A stretch of DNA of 64,000 bases from Candidatus Bathyarchaeota archaeon (GTDB taxonomy: Archaea > Thermoproteota > Bathyarchaeia > Bathyarchaeales > Bathycorpusculaceae). The position numbers and the translations under genes were made by a program. Within the stretch, counting starts at the first letter, position 1. Every line of letters begins with the position of its first letter. The stretch covers positions 1 through 64,000 of the forward strand of contig CAVZKL010000023.1 in the NCBI GenBank assembly GCA_963775895.1, given 5' to 3'. The notes under the pieces were generated by a model. It ran no database searches. It saw only the letters and a program-made list of their open reading frames with translations, and was not told the DNA's origin. This document shows positions 62,617 through 64,000 of this stretch, piece by piece.

Positions 62617-63147
62617 TTAGACTTGGGAAGGCTGGATTATGATGTCAAAACTGAACGTTGTTATGTTGTTGTTTATGAGGTAGTCGACGAAGGTTTGGTC
62701 ATACTTGACCGTCAGCGTTAGGGTTACGTTGATTTCTTGGTTTGGCGCAAGCGAGGTGTTGTTGATGGTCCAGGCGAGGGTGATGTCGTTCACGGTTGGC
62801 GGAGGGGCTGATTGATTTTGTGCGTTTTTGAATGTCCAATCAGTAGTGTTCAGTTGAGGTATCGTGTTTGCGGTGGATTTGCTTTTCAGGATGAATGAGC
62901 GGTTTGTTGATGCTCCGACGTAGATTGTGCCCCAGTCGAGAGTTGCGTTGCCGTTGTTGGTGATGATGTCTCCTCCGTGGGCTTCGTAGCCCAGCGTGAT
63001 TATGTTTCCGACCGTGGGCATGCGAACAATTGAGCTGCCATCTATGATGGAGACGAACAGTGAGGTCAGTGTTATGGTGTAGACAACTACGACTATGATT
63101 ATGAGTGCTGTTTTGATTGAGGGAAGCGGTATTCTGTGTCTCGCCAT
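62617..63147 (-). CDS. Secreted/surface beta-sandwich protein
   Basis: N-terminal TM, LDWGTIYVGASTNRS, many N-x-S/T sequons; paralog of 6617..7067. Confidence 0.65.
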   Translation of the reverse strand: MARHRIPLPSIKTALIIIVVVVYTITLTSLFVSIIDGSSIVRMPTVGNIITLGYEAHGGDIITNNGNATLDWGTIYVGASTNRSFILKSKSTANTIPQLNTTDWTFKNAQNQSAPPPTVNDITLAWTINNTSLAPNQEINVTLTLTVKYDQTFVDYLINNNITTFSFDIIIQPSQV

Positions 63148-63163
63148 GTCCTTTCTCCCAGAA

Positions 63164-64000
63164 TTATGGCATTTCTATTTTCAGTTTGGACAGGGCCTCA
63201 CTTATCTGTAACGGTTTGTGCGTTAGGGTTTGGTTTGCTTTGTCAACGTTCAGGGATGAGTCTCTTGGTCTTTTGGCGAGCCATGTCATTTCTTTCGCGG
63301 TGACGGGTTTCAGTAGGTTTGGGTCGAGGTTGAAGGTTTTTGCGATGTGTTGGGCGAATTCGTGTCGACTGAGGCGTGTTGCTCCGGCTAAGTGGAAGGT
63401 TCCTGCGAGTCTTTTTTCAACGATTTCGAGGATCATTTCTGCGAGGTTGGTGTTGAGTGTTGGTGAGCTCCATTGATCGATAACTGTTTTCACTTCTTCT
63501 TTTTTCTCGAGTTTGTCAATGAGCCATAGTGCGAAGTTGACTTTTTCTGCTGCCGGGATTGATCCATAGATGACGCTCGATCTTGCTATGCAGTATGCTG
63601 TCTTGGACTGTTTGACTCTTTTTTCGCCCTCGAGTTTTGTGAGTCCGTAGTAGTTGACTGGACCTGTCGAGTGTGGTTCTTTGTAGTTTCCCTTTTCGCC
63701 GTTGAAAACGTAGTCGGTTGAAACGTAAACAAGGAAACAATTGTGTCGTGTAACAGAGCTGTGCAACGTTTAACGTGCCTTCCACGTTTATTTTCCATGC
63801 GAGTCCTTTTTCCCTTTCGCACTTATCCACGTCAGGTAGCGCTGCTGCATGCACGACCGCATCGGGTTTTGTTTTCTCGAAGGCTTCTAAGAGGGCTTTT
63901 TTATGCGTTACGTCAAATTTGATTGGAGTTCCATACTGAGGTAAGTGCTGACTGTAAGCAGAATACACTTCGTGATTGCGTGTCTTCGCTATTTGGCAGA
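63164..64000 (-). CDS. rmlD: dTDP-4-dehydrorhamnose reductase (frameshifted, 5' end outside window)
   Basis: VVHAAA..DVDKCE, VSTDYVFNG, YGLTKLEGE, DQWSSPT, RPRDSSL. Confidence 0.88.

Noticed and set aside
1-64000. Numerous frameshifts (copA, ydeI-like, guaAA/AB, htrA, int B, int C, GT2, rmlD) as programmed frameshifting or mass pseudogenisation
   Set aside because: Single-base indels hit essential genes at random with no slippery or BHB context, which is best explained by long-read error. Only cbf5 has a real intron motif.

Overview
This is an archaeal chromosome segment. Gene content (split GMP synthase, short purA, rpl14e-cbf5, tungsten-type AOR, dockerin and PEF-CTERM surface proteins, PAS/GAF kinase) points to Candidatus Bathyarchaeia, which is an inference. 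Many genes carry isolated 1-nt indels typical of an unpolished long-read assembly. Housekeeping and metabolic genes flank two accessory regions. (i) At 15671-~25000, a tRNA-Pro(GGG) gene with a non-canonical D-loop intron is followed by two tandem tyrosine-integrase elements. Each element carries its own copy of the tRNA 5' exon, a different hairpin intron of about the same length and a TATA box, all antisense inside the integrase 5' coding region. Element A (~5.2 kb) encodes an HUH rolling-circle Rep and an SSV-type split integrase. Element B carries a TIR protein fused to a domain that reads like an HK97 capsid fold. (ii) At ~53200-58100, a third integrase lies near a phosphoesterase-HhH-RNase H-like fusion. 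cbf5 is interrupted by a perfect 23-nt bulge-helix-bulge mRNA intron at its catalytic Asp. Intergenic regions are strongly enriched in (GC)n tracts.
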